From contig CM060731.1 of assembly GCA_030704615.1 (NCBI GenBank), forward strand, positions 38,378,001 to 38,442,000: a stretch of DNA of 64,000 nt, read 5' to 3'. The notes under the pieces are model-generated. The model was given only the letters and a program-made list of their open reading frames with translations. It was not told the origin of the DNA and ran no database searches. Source of the DNA: Takakia lepidozioides (taxonomy: Eukaryota > Plantae > Bryophyta). Of this stretch, positions 26,359-39,939 are shown piece by piece (position 1 is the first letter of the stretch; each line of letters opens with the position of its first letter). The position numbers and the translations under genes are program-made.

Positions 26359-29300
26359 CTAGGCGAGAGATGGATCAAAGATCCTCAGAGCCGGCAATAC
26401 CTTGCAGAAACGGAAGTCTGCGGGGGAGAGCGTGTAGCCATGATGTAGGAACTTGTCGTCCACAGCCTTTTTGCAACGCTTCCTTGCTCCTTTCAAGAGA
26501 ACGCTCTTGAAGGTCTTGCAGACTGACACCTGTGTCCACCATTGTTGTAGGAGAAGGTCAGAAGTGCAGGGCCTACAGTTCCTTTAGAAGCTCTGATCAC
26601 TTTTCCCTTGTGTGTGCAAGCTGTGAAACATGATCTACAAAGGTGACATCATGAAACCATGGCCCTGAACCTGCTCTGATCTCTTCTTTGAACCATAATC
26701 CAGCGCTTTCTGGATGGGTAAAAGTACTTACAACAAATCTAGCTCCTCGACGAAGTACTCGAGGTCTTCTCCACCTAGTGCGCATCTTTGCCTTCATTGG
26801 AAATCTTCTCTTCTTTGACATCAGGTCTGCAGCAGGAGATAATAATTCCAAGGTAGCTGTGTAGGCTGGTGATCGACACCCTTCCTCCACATCCTTTGGC
26901 AGGGCAGCAAGTACCAGGCGCCTATCCGTGACGTGCCCAGGACTGCTCGGGCTAAGCGAATTTTCGCCCCTTAATATTAGTGATGCAGGCGAGAACTTGA
27001 CGCCCAGACGAGCATTAAAGTCGGGGTTCGGAGCCTTGCAGTCATCTATAGCTGATTCTTGTTCAGCGATTGAGGGCATCTTGTATGGCAGTCTGGTTGA
27101 ACATTTTGGAGGCTCCAAAGAACTTAACTCAAGATCACTGGCAGCCTCCAAGGTAACCTCTGCAGGAACTGGCAGCCCATAACTGTCAACCTGCAGTCCG
27201 CTCATTGACGCTGCTCCTTTCACTTCCAGAGACTGAAAGTAGGTAGCGAGAGTGGGAGACCAAATCTCCGGACTGTATTTTGTTCCCACTTTCTGGTGAT
27301 GTTTGGACCTTCCCCAGCGGCTCCCACTCTTGCACAGTTTGATGAGAGCTTTCACACTTTCAGAAGCCCCTGCAGCCCCATTAGCAGAAGAATGGTCTGC
27401 ATTCGTAGGGCCCAGATCTCTGTAAGGGGAGCCGACGGGGTCTTGATATGGAACCATGTCAAAGGCCAGGGGAGGACTGTGAGTAGGGCTTCCGTGTTCT
27501 CCAATATCTTGTTCAAAAGACTTGTATGACGCAGTGGAGTTTGAATTTGAAAGACAGGCAGAGTGAGGGGTAGCAGAATTTCCGGATGCGTCTCCGTCAG
27601 AACTTGAAGATGGGTTTGAGGATAGTGCATCGAGCCGGCAAAGGATACTTGTGGGAGACCACAGATCGGTAGAAGAAAATCCATGATTTTTCTTGTGCAT
27701 CCAGGGGTGAGACGCCAGGAGCTCTGAGCTATGGTGTCTTCGGGGTAACTCATCTGAATGTGTGCTACAAACCGGCCCAGAAAAAGAAGACTTGGACCTC
27801 GAATTGCCAGAGTTGGTGGCCGCTTTAGCTTTGATCATGCATCCCTCGAGGGGATTTGAGCTGCAGTTGGCTACAAGGGCCTGTCGGAAACTCCTGGAAA
27901 GAGATCGATATGCATCCTCTGACGGATCCAATGAACTAGGGGCCTTGGGAGGTAATTGCTTGGCCAGTGTAATGATTTTTGAAGGTGACCAATACTGTTT
28001 CCGTGGGGGAACTTGCTGCTGCCCACCCTGGGAGGAGACGGCTGTAGAGGAAGGGTAAATCCCAGCTAATGGAGCGCTCCTAGAGTAATCGATATACTTA
28101 TCTCGAAGCTCTTGCGACATAGTACCGGCGTTTTGAGAAGGTGCTGCAAGCCGGGGGGGCAGCTGGAGAGAGTGAGGCTTTGAGGCTGCCACATCTGCCC
28201 AGGGCTTTCCTGGGGATTCCTCCCACTTGAAAGGCACAGCTGCTGGGTTCTTCACGGGAGTAAGAACAGGAGATACTGGGGGCTCTACCAAAAACTTAGC
28301 TGCAGCTGGGGCCACCAGATCAATGTGGGTTCCAGTTTCCACCTGGTTCCCAGCGTGTCCACTGGACCTGGCACCGAAGCTCCTTTCCTTGGAGATTGTT
28401 CTGGTATAACTATGGCTGCTTTTGCAACTGCGTTCTCCATCTCCAACTGCCGGACTTCCTCCAGGTGTTCGTTGCCATCCCTCAGGAAGAAACTCGCTGA
28501 ACATGCTTTCATCCATGGAGTGTGACTTCTTCAAGGAGAAACTGTTCGTATCCATAGAGGTGCTCCTCTCCACTCCCTGCCTTGAAAGCTTTCTTGCCAA
28601 AGCTCTCTCCGCAGCTGCAGCAATTGTCTTGGGCTTTCCATGGACATCCTCCCATCCGAAGGAAATTGCAGCTGCTGATCGCATGGTGGTTTGCTCTGAC
28701 GACTTGCACAGGCTGTCCCAAGCAAAGGCCGGTGAAGCTCTCGAATTACTTTCTCCGGGCTCTCTTTCTCTATCCGTCTGCGAGGATCCATTTGGGGGGA
28801 TCGTCTCTTCCTTGAAGAGTTCCACACGCGGAGATCGGATTCCCTGTACGCCGCTCTTATCTTTCTTCATGAAATGGGAGTCCCTCCAAGGAGAGTGAGT
28901 CCACTGTTTCTTTTCCTGCGGCCCCGGATCACCAGCCAGCTTGTCCCCTGCAGAGAGTTCATACTCTTCCCACAATGCTAGACTCTCCCGCTCTCGACTA
29001 TTCTCTGATCGAAAACTATTACCTGCTGAGGGTGCTACACTCCAGTGACGCACTCCGACGGTGACCCCACTTACAGGTCCTCTCCACTCAGTGAGAGCAA
29101 GTCGATTGGATGTATCGCCAGCCAGATGGCTTTGTCGAGAATTTGGGCTGGAGTATAAGAGATGCCCATTTCGTGAGTCGGAGCTGATGATGCTAGTACT
29201 GGAGAAAGCCTCCAGGTCAGGCACGTCCAGAGCTGTATCCTTCCAAGGTGAACTAGTTTTCTTACTAGACACATCGAGGGTTCTATGACCAAGCATTTGG

Positions 29301-29368
29301 TCTTCCCCACGAACGGGAGATGAGGATTCGTGCAACGATCGAGTATCCGGTGCTGTTGTGTACTCCAT
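26359..29368 (-). CDS. Large Ser/Pro-rich plant protein with DUF688-type motifs; exons 29368-26732 and 26529-26359
   Basis: 923-codon open frame containing AAAISFGWEDVHGKPK and PAAVPFKWEESPGKP...LQLPPRL. A GTAAGT donor at 26731 and an in-frame terminal exon (VSVCKTFKSVLL...) support the second exon. Confidence 0.8.
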
Positions 29369-30849
29369 CTATCTGAATTGAATGCTAAGTACTGTCAGCT
29401 AGCTAGCACAACATTCCGAGCTCCCAGCTGGCATTGCCCACCTCTCGGCCACCTCAGTCTCTCAATCTCGCAGTCAGTCAAGTGCTGTTTAGGCCGGGCT
29501 ACGAGAATCACCGTCGCCCTCTCTCTTTCCCTCCATGAATAGATTTGATTTTCTTGTCTCCAAAGCTGAAAGCGTCACCCTGCCAAGATTGTCTGTGTCA
29601 AGATTCCCCAATAGCAATTGAGATCCGATAAGTCCCTGGAGTCTTCACAGCGTCTCTTTCTTGCTAGTTTAGCTCCACCGAATGCCATACAGTGCACCAC
29701 TACTCACTTTTCAAGAGCTCAGGCAAAGCGTCCGGATGCAATTTCAACTACATTAATCCCAGTATAGTCTCTAAGTTCTGAGGGCGAAGAACTGAATTGA
29801 GAAGGCAGTGCTTTATTACCGACTCAATAGCGCCTATTCAGTGGAGGAGGGGGACCAGAAAGAGACTACCTAGGAGCTGGTGAGGAGTTGCTGCAGGAGA
29901 CCTGCGCTAGATTGCGGCCTTTATGAGGCTCTCTGTGGGCCTGGCTTCTATTAGCGGATATCTGGGTACAGAGTTCAGATATAGGTAGATCCCAAAGATA
30001 GCAACCTGAACTCAATAACACCTAACAAAGAGATCAACTGCAAAAGTGGACTCTTTGGCAGTGCCATTCCGTTAGCGCACGTGATCGTCCTGAGTTTTCG
30101 AGGTCAAGATGATCAAATCACCTCTCAAAGGTACGCAATACGCACCATGAATTAGCACTGTACATAACTTGTCAGGTCTATCTCACCAGGTTAGTTTGCT
30201 GATAGCAGGGATGCCAGACAATGGATCCCATTGTGCGTCCATCGACAACCCAGACCAGATGCATCTAAAGTCTAGAAGATAGGAAAGATCACAACTTTAG
30301 AACAACGTTGGAAGGAAAAAAAAGTTTGAACACCAGTTGTTTTTGCTTGTACTAGTCGAATAGGTGGTGGAGGGTTTGCGTTGCAAGCACAAGATCATAA
30401 AAGCAGCCAACTACCTATGTAATCTAGATAGTTGCTAAGATGTAGCGACTCAAATTTGAATTCTAAGAAAGAGGGAAGCTCTATGTATGGTGTAGATCAC
30501 CAACTTCACGGTGTGCACTCCAGAACAGGAACCACCGATCTGTACAATTAAAGCCGCAAGAATGTCAGGTGTAGATTGGTTCCAGTTGCCTTTCTACTGT
30601 TAGCTACCATGTCCGACGGCCATTCTGGTGGAGAAGAGAGCGTGCGGGTCATTTATGAGGACTGGTATCCTCCCATGAAAGTCGTCCCCTGCAGCAGATT
30701 CATCGCCCGTGACCTGCAAGCACTGCAACCGGCCATTATAATTAGATAAACGGTTTCGTCGCATCAACTTTGTACATAGCATTTGACTACTACCTTTGTA
30801 GGCTCAACTCATTCTCAAGCTCATCTGCTTTTTAGTACTCAGACGAATT

Positions 30850-31500
30850 TCTTTAGAAAGCTGGGCAGGTGATTGTGGCAGGTTATGATGACCTTTTAGC
30901 TTTTTGGCCTCTTCAGAAGTGAGCACCCATAACCCTACCACGACTCTAAGTACTCTAGGCTTTATGTGCCACGGATAGTATGTGACTAGTGCAGCTTCTG
31001 ACGACCCGACAACGTGGTTCTAAAGCTTTTGGGGATCATACACAACAGTTGATAACCATGCTGTGAGAACTGTTCCATCCATGATCAGACACCTTCGCAT
31101 CTTGGGATGTATCAAAACATAACCCTGTAGTTCACTGTAGTTCTTTGAATGTTTCAAGTTTGCTTGGGAGGACTGATTCTTATCTGTCTTTCACTCACCT
31201 GCAGCCTCAGTAGAGGGCCCATGATATAAGGCGAACGTATGATGATATGGAAGAACTCAACACTGAATCGACCCATCTTGATTCTTGCTTGTTGGACAAT
31301 GAATGATGTGGACCCTGCGTATACTTCAAAGCCAAGAAAGCTGAGGATCCTACATCTCCCTGGATGTTGCAAAATGTCCCGCGATCTGAAAAGTTGATCT
31401 GACCGACTGTTGAAGACTAGTGAATGCGTAAACATAATGTCGGCAGGGGAATGTCTAAAATTCGATGTGAAGAGGCTGTTCTCTTTCTCAAACGAGTAGC
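30850..31500 (-). mobile_element. Possible highly decayed retroelement (DIRS-like RT) remnant
   Basis: Fragment PGRCRILSFLGFEVYAGSTSFIVQQARI resembles the DIRS RT thumb motif (FLGF). Otherwise unrecognisable. Confidence 0.25.
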
Positions 31501-32956
31501 CCTGATTCCTGAATATGTTCGAAGCTCATCCCACAATCAATACTATCAAGGGGAAAATCCGGAGACAAAATTTGAAAATGCTGAACTGCGCGACCCATGA
31601 TTTCTCGCTGCGAGCTCTTCTCAAATGTGAAAGCAGTGAAATCCACGCTATACTAATAAGTACTGATGCGTACGTCTTTGCTGGTGCATGGAGGGGTCAA
31701 GGATCTAGGCATGAGAGGTGGGCCTGGAGTAGAATTGACATGACCATACTTACGATACAATCAGCAATGCTGCGGTCCGCAGGCATAGCTGCTATTGCAA
31801 GTCACTCCGAAATATTCGGTGCACATGATCCTGACACAGGGCCCCAACATTGATCGGTGGCCGAGTCCAATGGATGGAACCTACTTGCCTTGATTCCTAT
31901 ATTTCATGCTTTCATCTTGCAAGATCACCAATCAACGACCGTGCCTGGTATGTAGCGACTGTCAGAGAGAAGCAAGCTTTCCGTTCATCTCCGATAACTG
32001 TGCCAAGTTCTCCCTCAAGTGGGTCGCAGGAGGAGGGCTTTCGGGGCCTAGATAAGAAGCCATGGGCTTCGGCCGAAACCCCAGGGATATGGCGCTTCCG
32101 GCTGTTAGGACACTTCCACCGTTGGGCCTGGCTTGTCTCTCTCAGATATCATACTAGGTATGGGCTTTTGCAACTTACCTTCCTCCGATGTGACTCCTTC
32201 CACTGCAACACTCATTCGCTTCCCAGAGTGTAGCATCATTGGAGAGATTTTTGTACTGTTTTCTGCTTGAATTCGATATCTGAGACCGAAGGAAGTTTGC
32301 CCCCCAAAAACATGGAACAGCAGAACCAAATTGTGGACAACAAGGAGCTAAATATCCTACAATGCCCGGGATTAGGAAGGGATTAGGAACCCCTCTGCCA
32401 ATCCCAGTCTTCTACAAGAACACGAGGCTGGCAATCAGTTATGGTTAGCAGACACCCATATTCCCATTGGTAGTGAGAAAGGGATACAAGTACTCTGCAT
32501 ATGGAGAAAAAGAAAAACCATGAGCTTATCTGCCAGCAATTGTATAACCCTTGTTACCCCTATCACTTCATAAATCTCTTTCTGAGCCCGCTCACTTGCT
32601 CCAATACAGGAGCTGTGATTGAGTCTTCTGCTGACTAGGGTTCAAGGATGAAGACATATTGCAGTCGCCGAGAGGCTCTACTACCCAGCGTGCAAAATGT
32701 TCATCTTGGGGTGGGGGGTCCGGGGTGATCCATCGTGGTTGCAGATTCTTTTTCCTGCCTAACGTGCTTCCTCGTCCTTCTCCTAACCCACACTCTACCC
32801 CTAACACAAGCACACACGAAGGCTCGTGGCCCCTCTTCTCTGGTGCCTACACAGTCAGGCTGCAGGTTGTGGGCAGAATCTTTACAATGATTAGACTTGG
32901 GAGAACCTGCCATTTGAAATAAGTGATGCGTTGCGGCACGCATGCAAGCCAAAGAC

Positions 32957-35138
32957 ATGGCGTCCTCACCAAAATCTCCCAAATCCCCCAAATTTGATAT
33001 TGGCGCCCTGTTGGAGAGAATTGACGAAGCAGTGCAAAAGGCTTTGGACGACACAGACGAGATATTCATTACAAAGTACTCCGGCCATTCGCCCATTTGA
33101 ACAGGTTTTATCATGCATAATTGGGAGGGGAAGGGAGGGGCGGGTGTAAACTTATTTTGTTCAAGGAAGTCCAAAGAGAAATGAAATGAAATGCCACATT
33201 ATGAATTCTCAGAAAGAATAAATAATAGGAGGTCCACGAACACAATCAGAGGTAGGAAGAGAGAGAAGGAAAAAGGGTGAAAGAACTCCATAATCTCCAG
33301 GGTGCCCCAAAGAATGTACTCATAAGACGTTGTTTATCGTAGCCTTGTGGCCATTGACCCCAAAGAGAGAGAAGATTTTCAAGCAATACATGAAACCATT
33401 GGATTCTTCTACCCCTTTGTGGATTCTGGTTAACAAATGCCTACATCCCTTGCGAGATAACTGTTGAACAGATTTTAGTGATCAGGCTCAAGAGTCTGTC
33501 TGAGGACAACTGAGCCATTGCTTGGAGCAAGGTCACTAAATGAAGCCTTTGTGTTAGAGAGCAGAACATTACACTATGAGAGAGAAACTTACACAAATGT
33601 TGGCTGGATTACTGCTTGATGAAGTGTGAGTGAACAGAGATCCATTCTGGAAGATGCCAGAGAATGTATCAACAAGCTCATTCAAGAGAATGAGGCGATC
33701 CAAGAGCACTTTAAGAAGCGGGAAGGGGAAGCCGTGAGCTCTCTCTCCCTTTGTGGCCCCTCTGTCTTTCGTGTTTCTTTGTTCCCCTTGTCCCAGAAGG
33801 TCTTTGAGCTTCCCATAGATGTTTATAAAGTACCACTGCATTTCATTTCATTTCTGCATTTCACTTCATTTTACAATGAAGTTAGGCAGAAAACTTCCCT
33901 GAACTTTTTTCCAGCCTGTGACATGGGGAAGGCCATCATGGATGACCTCAAGCGTTTACCCACTCTCGGCACTAGACTGAAATTTAAACTCAGGGCAGGA
34001 AGCCTACCTTTGAACAGCAAACAGATGCAGAGAGGAAAGGGGGATTGCAAATGCCCGTTATGCGGGCAACCTGAAGACAACATTCATTTTCTGATTCATT
34101 GTCCTGGGCACTCTCCCCAGAGAGATGCCCTCTTCAAATCCATCAAGAAATTTGTGCCTGGACCTCTGTTGACCAACTTTGAAAATCTCGAGGCTGAGCC
34201 AAAAGCCCAGGCCCTTTTGGGGCCTAGTTATTGGGCATATCAGACTTAGCAGATTGATGCTTGTGTACAGGGATTTCTAGAGGATATCTGGAAAACTCGG
34301 TCAATTTTCTTTTCCCAGGTAAGTCATACTACTGGCGTCAGCCCCTGACAAAGGTAGTTTCTGTCGTGTTCCGCTCAAAGTGGGTGCGGGTTCAATGGCC
34401 ACGAGGCTACGGCAAACAGTCTTATGAGTACATTCTCTCTCTAAACATCCAAATTGGGTGCAGGGTCTAGGCTGCATCAAACAAAGTCCTATGAGTACAT
34501 TCTCTCTGTAAAGTACCATTGCATTTCATTTCTCTGTGTAGTGGTACTGGTCTGACAGTTGGGGGATATTTTCTTTTGCTCTGTCTCTGTGGTGTGTTCA
34601 TGGGCCATGTGAGCCCCCTGTGGACAGTAAAATTTCTTTTGTACTGTCACTTTGCTGTTGTCTCACCACAGTGGTGTGGCCAATTTGGGGATTAAGCAGC
34701 TCACCTTGTCTTTCTGAGTGTCATGTCCACTAGCCCATAATACGAACAGTCAATCCCCTTAAAGTGGATTGTTGTAGGCTGCTCTGGTGATTCTGGGGTG
34801 AGTATGAATGTGTGCTTACTCTCTTCTTTCCGCGGACGTTATAACGTACCATTTCATTTCATTTCATTCCATTCCTCTCCTCTCTTTTTCAAACATGCCT
34901 CACAACAACCAAAGGCTGATATGAACTAAGAAATTACCCATTCAGTTTTCATCAATTGAATTGTTGGATTATGTCAACTACTTTCCATGTGCATCAAGTT
35001 GTACTATTGAGAGGGAGTAACTAATCAGAGCATATGCATTGGGGCAGTTTGCACTGCAAGAGGTGCAAACAGAGGACATATTCCAGAAAAAGGAGCGCAT
35101 TGAGGATCTGGAGGCTGATGTCGTGCAGGTCTGCAAAT

Positions 35139-35200
<62 letters not shown>

Positions 35201-38200
35201 GAGGAAGGTAAGGCTACGGCAAACAACGTCTTATGAGTACATTTCTCTTAAGAGGAAGGGGCAGACCCCATGTCAAACTTAAATCTAATTTGTGTACCTT
35301 GGGCCCTTTGGCCTCCCGCCGCACAATGAATTTCTTCGTTTCTTTTGTTTGTGTCTCTGTGTCTCTGTTTGTCACTGTGCCGAAGTAGTTCTATGGTTCT
35401 GTTCTGTTCTGTGTCCCTTGGGTCCTATTCCTCCTTCAGACGTAATTGTTTTCTTTTCCTTCTTCCTTTCTTCCTCTCTGTCTCAGATGAAAGATATAAC
35501 TTAGTATATAAGGGGACAATTCTATATGCCATGGTCGAAGTACACCTTTTGCAGTACTTCTGGGCTCAAAGTTACCCCGAGCACTCAGCAACTGTGTGGC
35601 AATGGGTTTCCTCTATATCATTATTATGGATAGGGAAGTAAGGTGAAGGAAGTAAAGCTTCCACCACTAATGCATCAATGAAAGTACAATTCACATATGA
35701 AGCCTGAGCTGCTTCTTGGACATGCTGGATGACATAGGGCAGAAGGAGATGGACATTGCAAAACTACATGAGGACTACAAGATAGAGATTGGAAGAGTTC
35801 AAGATGAAGCCAAACTCCAGCGCAAAACACTTACAGATGGATTCCAGAAGGAAATTCAACAACTACAGAAGACACTGGCAGGTGTCCGAGACTTTCAAAA
35901 AAGACAGGTATGTGTCAGTGACCCAGCAAAAGAAGTACCCATTCAGTCAGTAAGTAATTGGATTTTTCCCTTCTAATGTGCTAGCAAACCCTTGTCTCCC
36001 AATCATGGTACTCTATAACTTCATTTGGTGGTGCAGCATACCATTCTTTCTCTAGGCTTCCTGTGGATATTATAGAGTTGCATTGTTCTTTCTTTACCTC
36101 TCTTCTGTAGTTTTTTGTCCAGAGGTTTGATATCAGCATCTCAACTTTGAGCTCTGAATTCCAGATAGGGCCTCAGCACAAACACTAAAAGATACACCCT
36201 GACACTCTTTAGCCCCTCATAGCCCCGAGAGGATGCCTGGAGATTAAGCCCTTCTCTCTCCCTCTTTCTATTTGTCTTTTGTTATTGCGCACATTCTATG
36301 TCTTTCTTTCTTTAGATCTGTCTTCAGAGACTGCTCATTACTGTTAGGTTTGAAGACCGGAAATGCTTGGCAGCCCACCTATCAGGCACTCCAGCTGCGT
36401 GGTACTCTTCCTGTACAGCTACAAGGCTGCCATGTAACTGTGGCTATAAGCCGAAGTGCTTGACAAGTGGTACCTCGATTATGGATCCATATGGTTGTTC
36501 AAACGGAACAGCTACAGGTCAAAGAGGGCAAAAGAGAAATGAAATGAAATGAATGGTACTTTATAACGACTGCGGAAACAAAGATGGAGAGAGAAAGATG
36601 GAGAGAAATGACATGGTACTATGTAACGTCTGCGGAGAGCTCAAAGAGCTTATGGGACAAAATCGGAAAAAACATTGAGAGAGGAAAGAAAACCAGAGCG
36701 AAAGATGGAGAACTATGCATCCGACTGAGCCACACATGCATCCTTCATTGGTAATGGTTATTTGTTTTGGGGAATGTCAGATTGAGGTGGAGACAGCAAT
36801 GGAGGCAGCAATAAAAGAGGCAGCAGAAATGCGACAGAAGATGGCAGATTTATTGCCTGGCTATGAGCGCAAGTATTTTGAGCAAGTCAGAAACTTGACA
36901 AAACTCTTTTTCTCTCTTTAACAAAATATGATTCCTCTTACTTAGACTACGGAGCAACTTATGCACATGGGCTTAGCTCCGAAATGTGCTATGGCAGTCT
37001 TCACACTTGTGGCAGTGGTTAACTGCTGACCAGGAACTGGTTAGAAATTGCATTCCACCTACTCAGAAAATTACATTGTCTGTTTGTTGCATAAGTTGTA
37101 GTTCGATGAATCCTTAGCCACTTTTCTGGCAAATGCCTGTGAACCTAATAGCAGTGTTTGCTGAAACAGTCCAACAACAGTTTTTAAAGTTCTAAAAAAC
37201 AATCCCCATACCATCATATGGACTCAAAAGACGGTATGGTGATGTGCAGTGTGCCAAACATAAAGAGGACTATGAGCGCAAGCTCGTGAAAATCATGGAG
37301 ACTTTTAGGGAAGAGATTGAGGACCGGATTGGTTCCCGAATCCACCAGGTTCTTGGAGAGGTATCCTCCAGCTTTATGTGTGTTTCACATTCATATATGC
37401 TTTGTGTCTTCATGAAATTACAACCGTGGCAAGCCCACCCTGCAAAGCGCAGGAGTGAACAAACTTATCTTCTGTCGGCCATTTGTGCCTACTGTGCAGA
37501 CATAATGGAGTTTTCTTTGTGTTTTTCTCTTTTTTCCTCTTCTTTTCCTGGCACTCCTTTGTGCAATGGTTGGGGTTTGATGTGTGCTTTGGTTTCTTCT
37601 GCTGTCCCATGGACCCTCTGGGCCTCCAGTGGGCACATTGACTAACGGTTTTTCTCGTGTCTCCCTCTCTGTTGCCCGAGTGATAGCAACCAAGCATGGC
37701 ACCCTGAAATTGCAATGTATTAGCTGGCAAGACATAAGGAAAGTAGAGTCATTCCCATAATGTAAAACGAGCCACAAACTCTCAGCGACCTGCCATCCAG
37801 CTGGGTTCAAAGTTGAAAAACCATATAGTGCACCGAAGTATTACAAGTGAAAGATGCAAGATAAATCCAATACAGATGATGTATCATCGTATGGATGGCT
37901 GCAGAATGCTGTACTAGTGGAGGAGATAGATGTGCACACTAAGACAACAACTGAGCTTCAGATTGAGAAAGAAAAATTTGAAACTGTGAGTGTTACATTG
38001 AGGCTCGATATTGAGTTACTGCGTCAGGCTGAGGTCCTGCATGTGAAGCGTAACAGATACCAGGCCCGTGCCATTCAAGGCAGTGAGAGTAAGGTATTCT
38101 TTCTCCCCGGTCTCTGCCTCTGTCATCACCACACTTGTCGTCTCTATTTCTACCTCATGTCTCTTGCTTACGGCATATCAATTGGCCCACCTTATGAGAT

Positions 38201-39478
38201 ATTGCAACTAAAGTATAAATACCCCTGGTGACTGGATCAATCCTGGGATTACACATGTTGAGCATGACAGATGACTGTGATTCTTTCCACCTGATACTTA
38301 GAAGTACTGCGAGTAAGATATTTATGTTGCAATGTATCTTAAACAAAGTCTTCGTGAATCATTTGACGAGAACAATTTCCATGTTGTGATGATCTCCACA
38401 CTCATGTTAAATAGAGGCTCCATTTTAGAACTTACATGATGACCACCAGAAAAAAACAGACAATTCGTGCAAATGAGCAGGTCCACAATTTGGAGAATAG
38501 TTTGAGGCAAGTAATACGGCAATACAGTGAAGAGAGACGTCTTCTCCAAGAGAAGCACAACTATGTGGTTGCTGAGCTCCGGTCTGAGCAACAGGTTAGC
38601 TCAATCAGCATTTCTGGGCTGTCAACTAAACCTTTCATGTCCATAGGGGGAGTGGACTTTCTCAGAGGATGTTGTTGTAGTTTTGTTTCCGCACAGCAAT
38701 ACTTTTAATGCTCCTAAGGAGATTCAAATAAGTGAGTGTAATGGAGGCGAGGGAAAGATTGTTGATCTTTTGCGGTGCATCAGCCTGTTCCTCAACGACA
38801 GGTAACTGACAAGAGTCAAAGGGAAACCAAAACACTTCCATTTGCACGCAGAAACTGAAGAGCATGGTATTGCAAAAAGCACGAGAGCTTAAGAAGTTCA
38901 GGCATCTGGCGCAGCACGTTCTCCGCCAACGTGGTGAAGTTGAGCTCTTCCTCATCGACTCTATCCAATTTGTGAAGAACCAGGTTCAACATCAGATGCC
39001 GAGATCCCAGACGCAGGCCTCCAACATGACTGAGGAAGGGGATCAAAGAGGCAATGCAAACCACAAGTCGGGAGACCACTCTGCAACACACCGTTTGACT
39101 GCAATTCGTCCATCCGAATCCTGGCCTGGGTCGGGCCCATACACCAAGCTGCCACCCAAGTCTATGACCAGATCTCCGGAGGGCGAACCAACTGATGCTG
39201 CAAAAGGCAGAAGAAAGGAGGAGTTTCTGGAGTACCTTAGCAAGGTTGACGAGGACAATCAGATGGACAATCTGGATGACTTGGGAGAAACAGTACTACT
39301 CCCTGAGAGGATCTTGCCCAAGATCGACATCTCAGAGCTTTCTTGGCCAGACAGGGAGAAGGTCTTGAGGTACTTGTTCAAGAAAATCAATACTGCTCAC
39401 CAGGCTGGTGGGGACACGCGAAGATCAACCCAGTTCGCAAGCGGCTATACAAGTGCCGCTGGCAGAACTATTGTATAG
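32957..39478 (+). CDS. BBOF1: Basal body orientation factor 1 (CCDC176/DUF4515 coiled-coil); exons about 32957-33075, about 33640-33733, 35048-35128, 35743-35907, 36781-36885, 37250-37360, 37905-38093, 38481-38594, 38852-39478
   Basis: Coiled-coil exons in consistent phase. Diagnostic segments KARELKKFRHLAQHVLRQRGEVELFLIDSIQFVK and KIDISELSWPDREKVLRYLFKKIN. The first two exons are less certain. Confidence 0.82.
33750..34530 (+). mobile_element. Composite LINE 3' ends in a BBOF1 intron: a family A tail followed by a family B fragment
   Basis: Family A tail (...GAGCTT...CATTTCATTT) at about 33780-33870. Then RLKFKLRAGSLPLN...CKCPLCGQPEDNIHFLIHCP, ending GGCTACGGCAAACAGTCTTATGAGTACATTCTCTCT. 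Confidence 0.75.
35142..35195. repeat. (TC)n microsatellite; others at about 4653-4692, 15928-15966 and 59519-59559
   Basis: Read directly from the sequence. Confidence 0.95.
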
Positions 39479-39939
39479 AATTTCTCCATAACAACACAAC
39501 ACGTCCTTCACAACTTACCTCATGAGGCTGCATGAATGTGTTGGAGAGACAGAAGCAATAAGTAAACTAAACACTCCTCCTCACATTTCCATCAAAGGAA
39601 AGAAGAAAACGCTTGCCATTGCCCACCAACATGAAACCCACGGAGCTTATGATATCAACAATAAACATGGACACAAATGTGAAGAGACAGGCTAACCCCA
39701 TTCTTCCTCTACTGCCCACATGTTGGTAGGCATGAACTTGTGTCCCTAGCTGTCTAAAGTCAGAACCCACATGCACCCATTATGCATTCTCCTTTTTAAT
39801 CTTCCAAGCACTTGGTAGCAATCATTCCTCATCACTTTTGAAAAGAAAAGAATGGAAAGGAAAGGGTGTTCATCATCTACTTTTGCAATCTATGAAATGA
39901 GGCTTTTAAGTTCATCACTTATATCTCACCATCAACAAC

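Noticed and set aside
26928-29310. Numerous short overlapping ORFs within the 923-aa frame
   Set aside because: These are shadow and antisense ORFs of the real gene.
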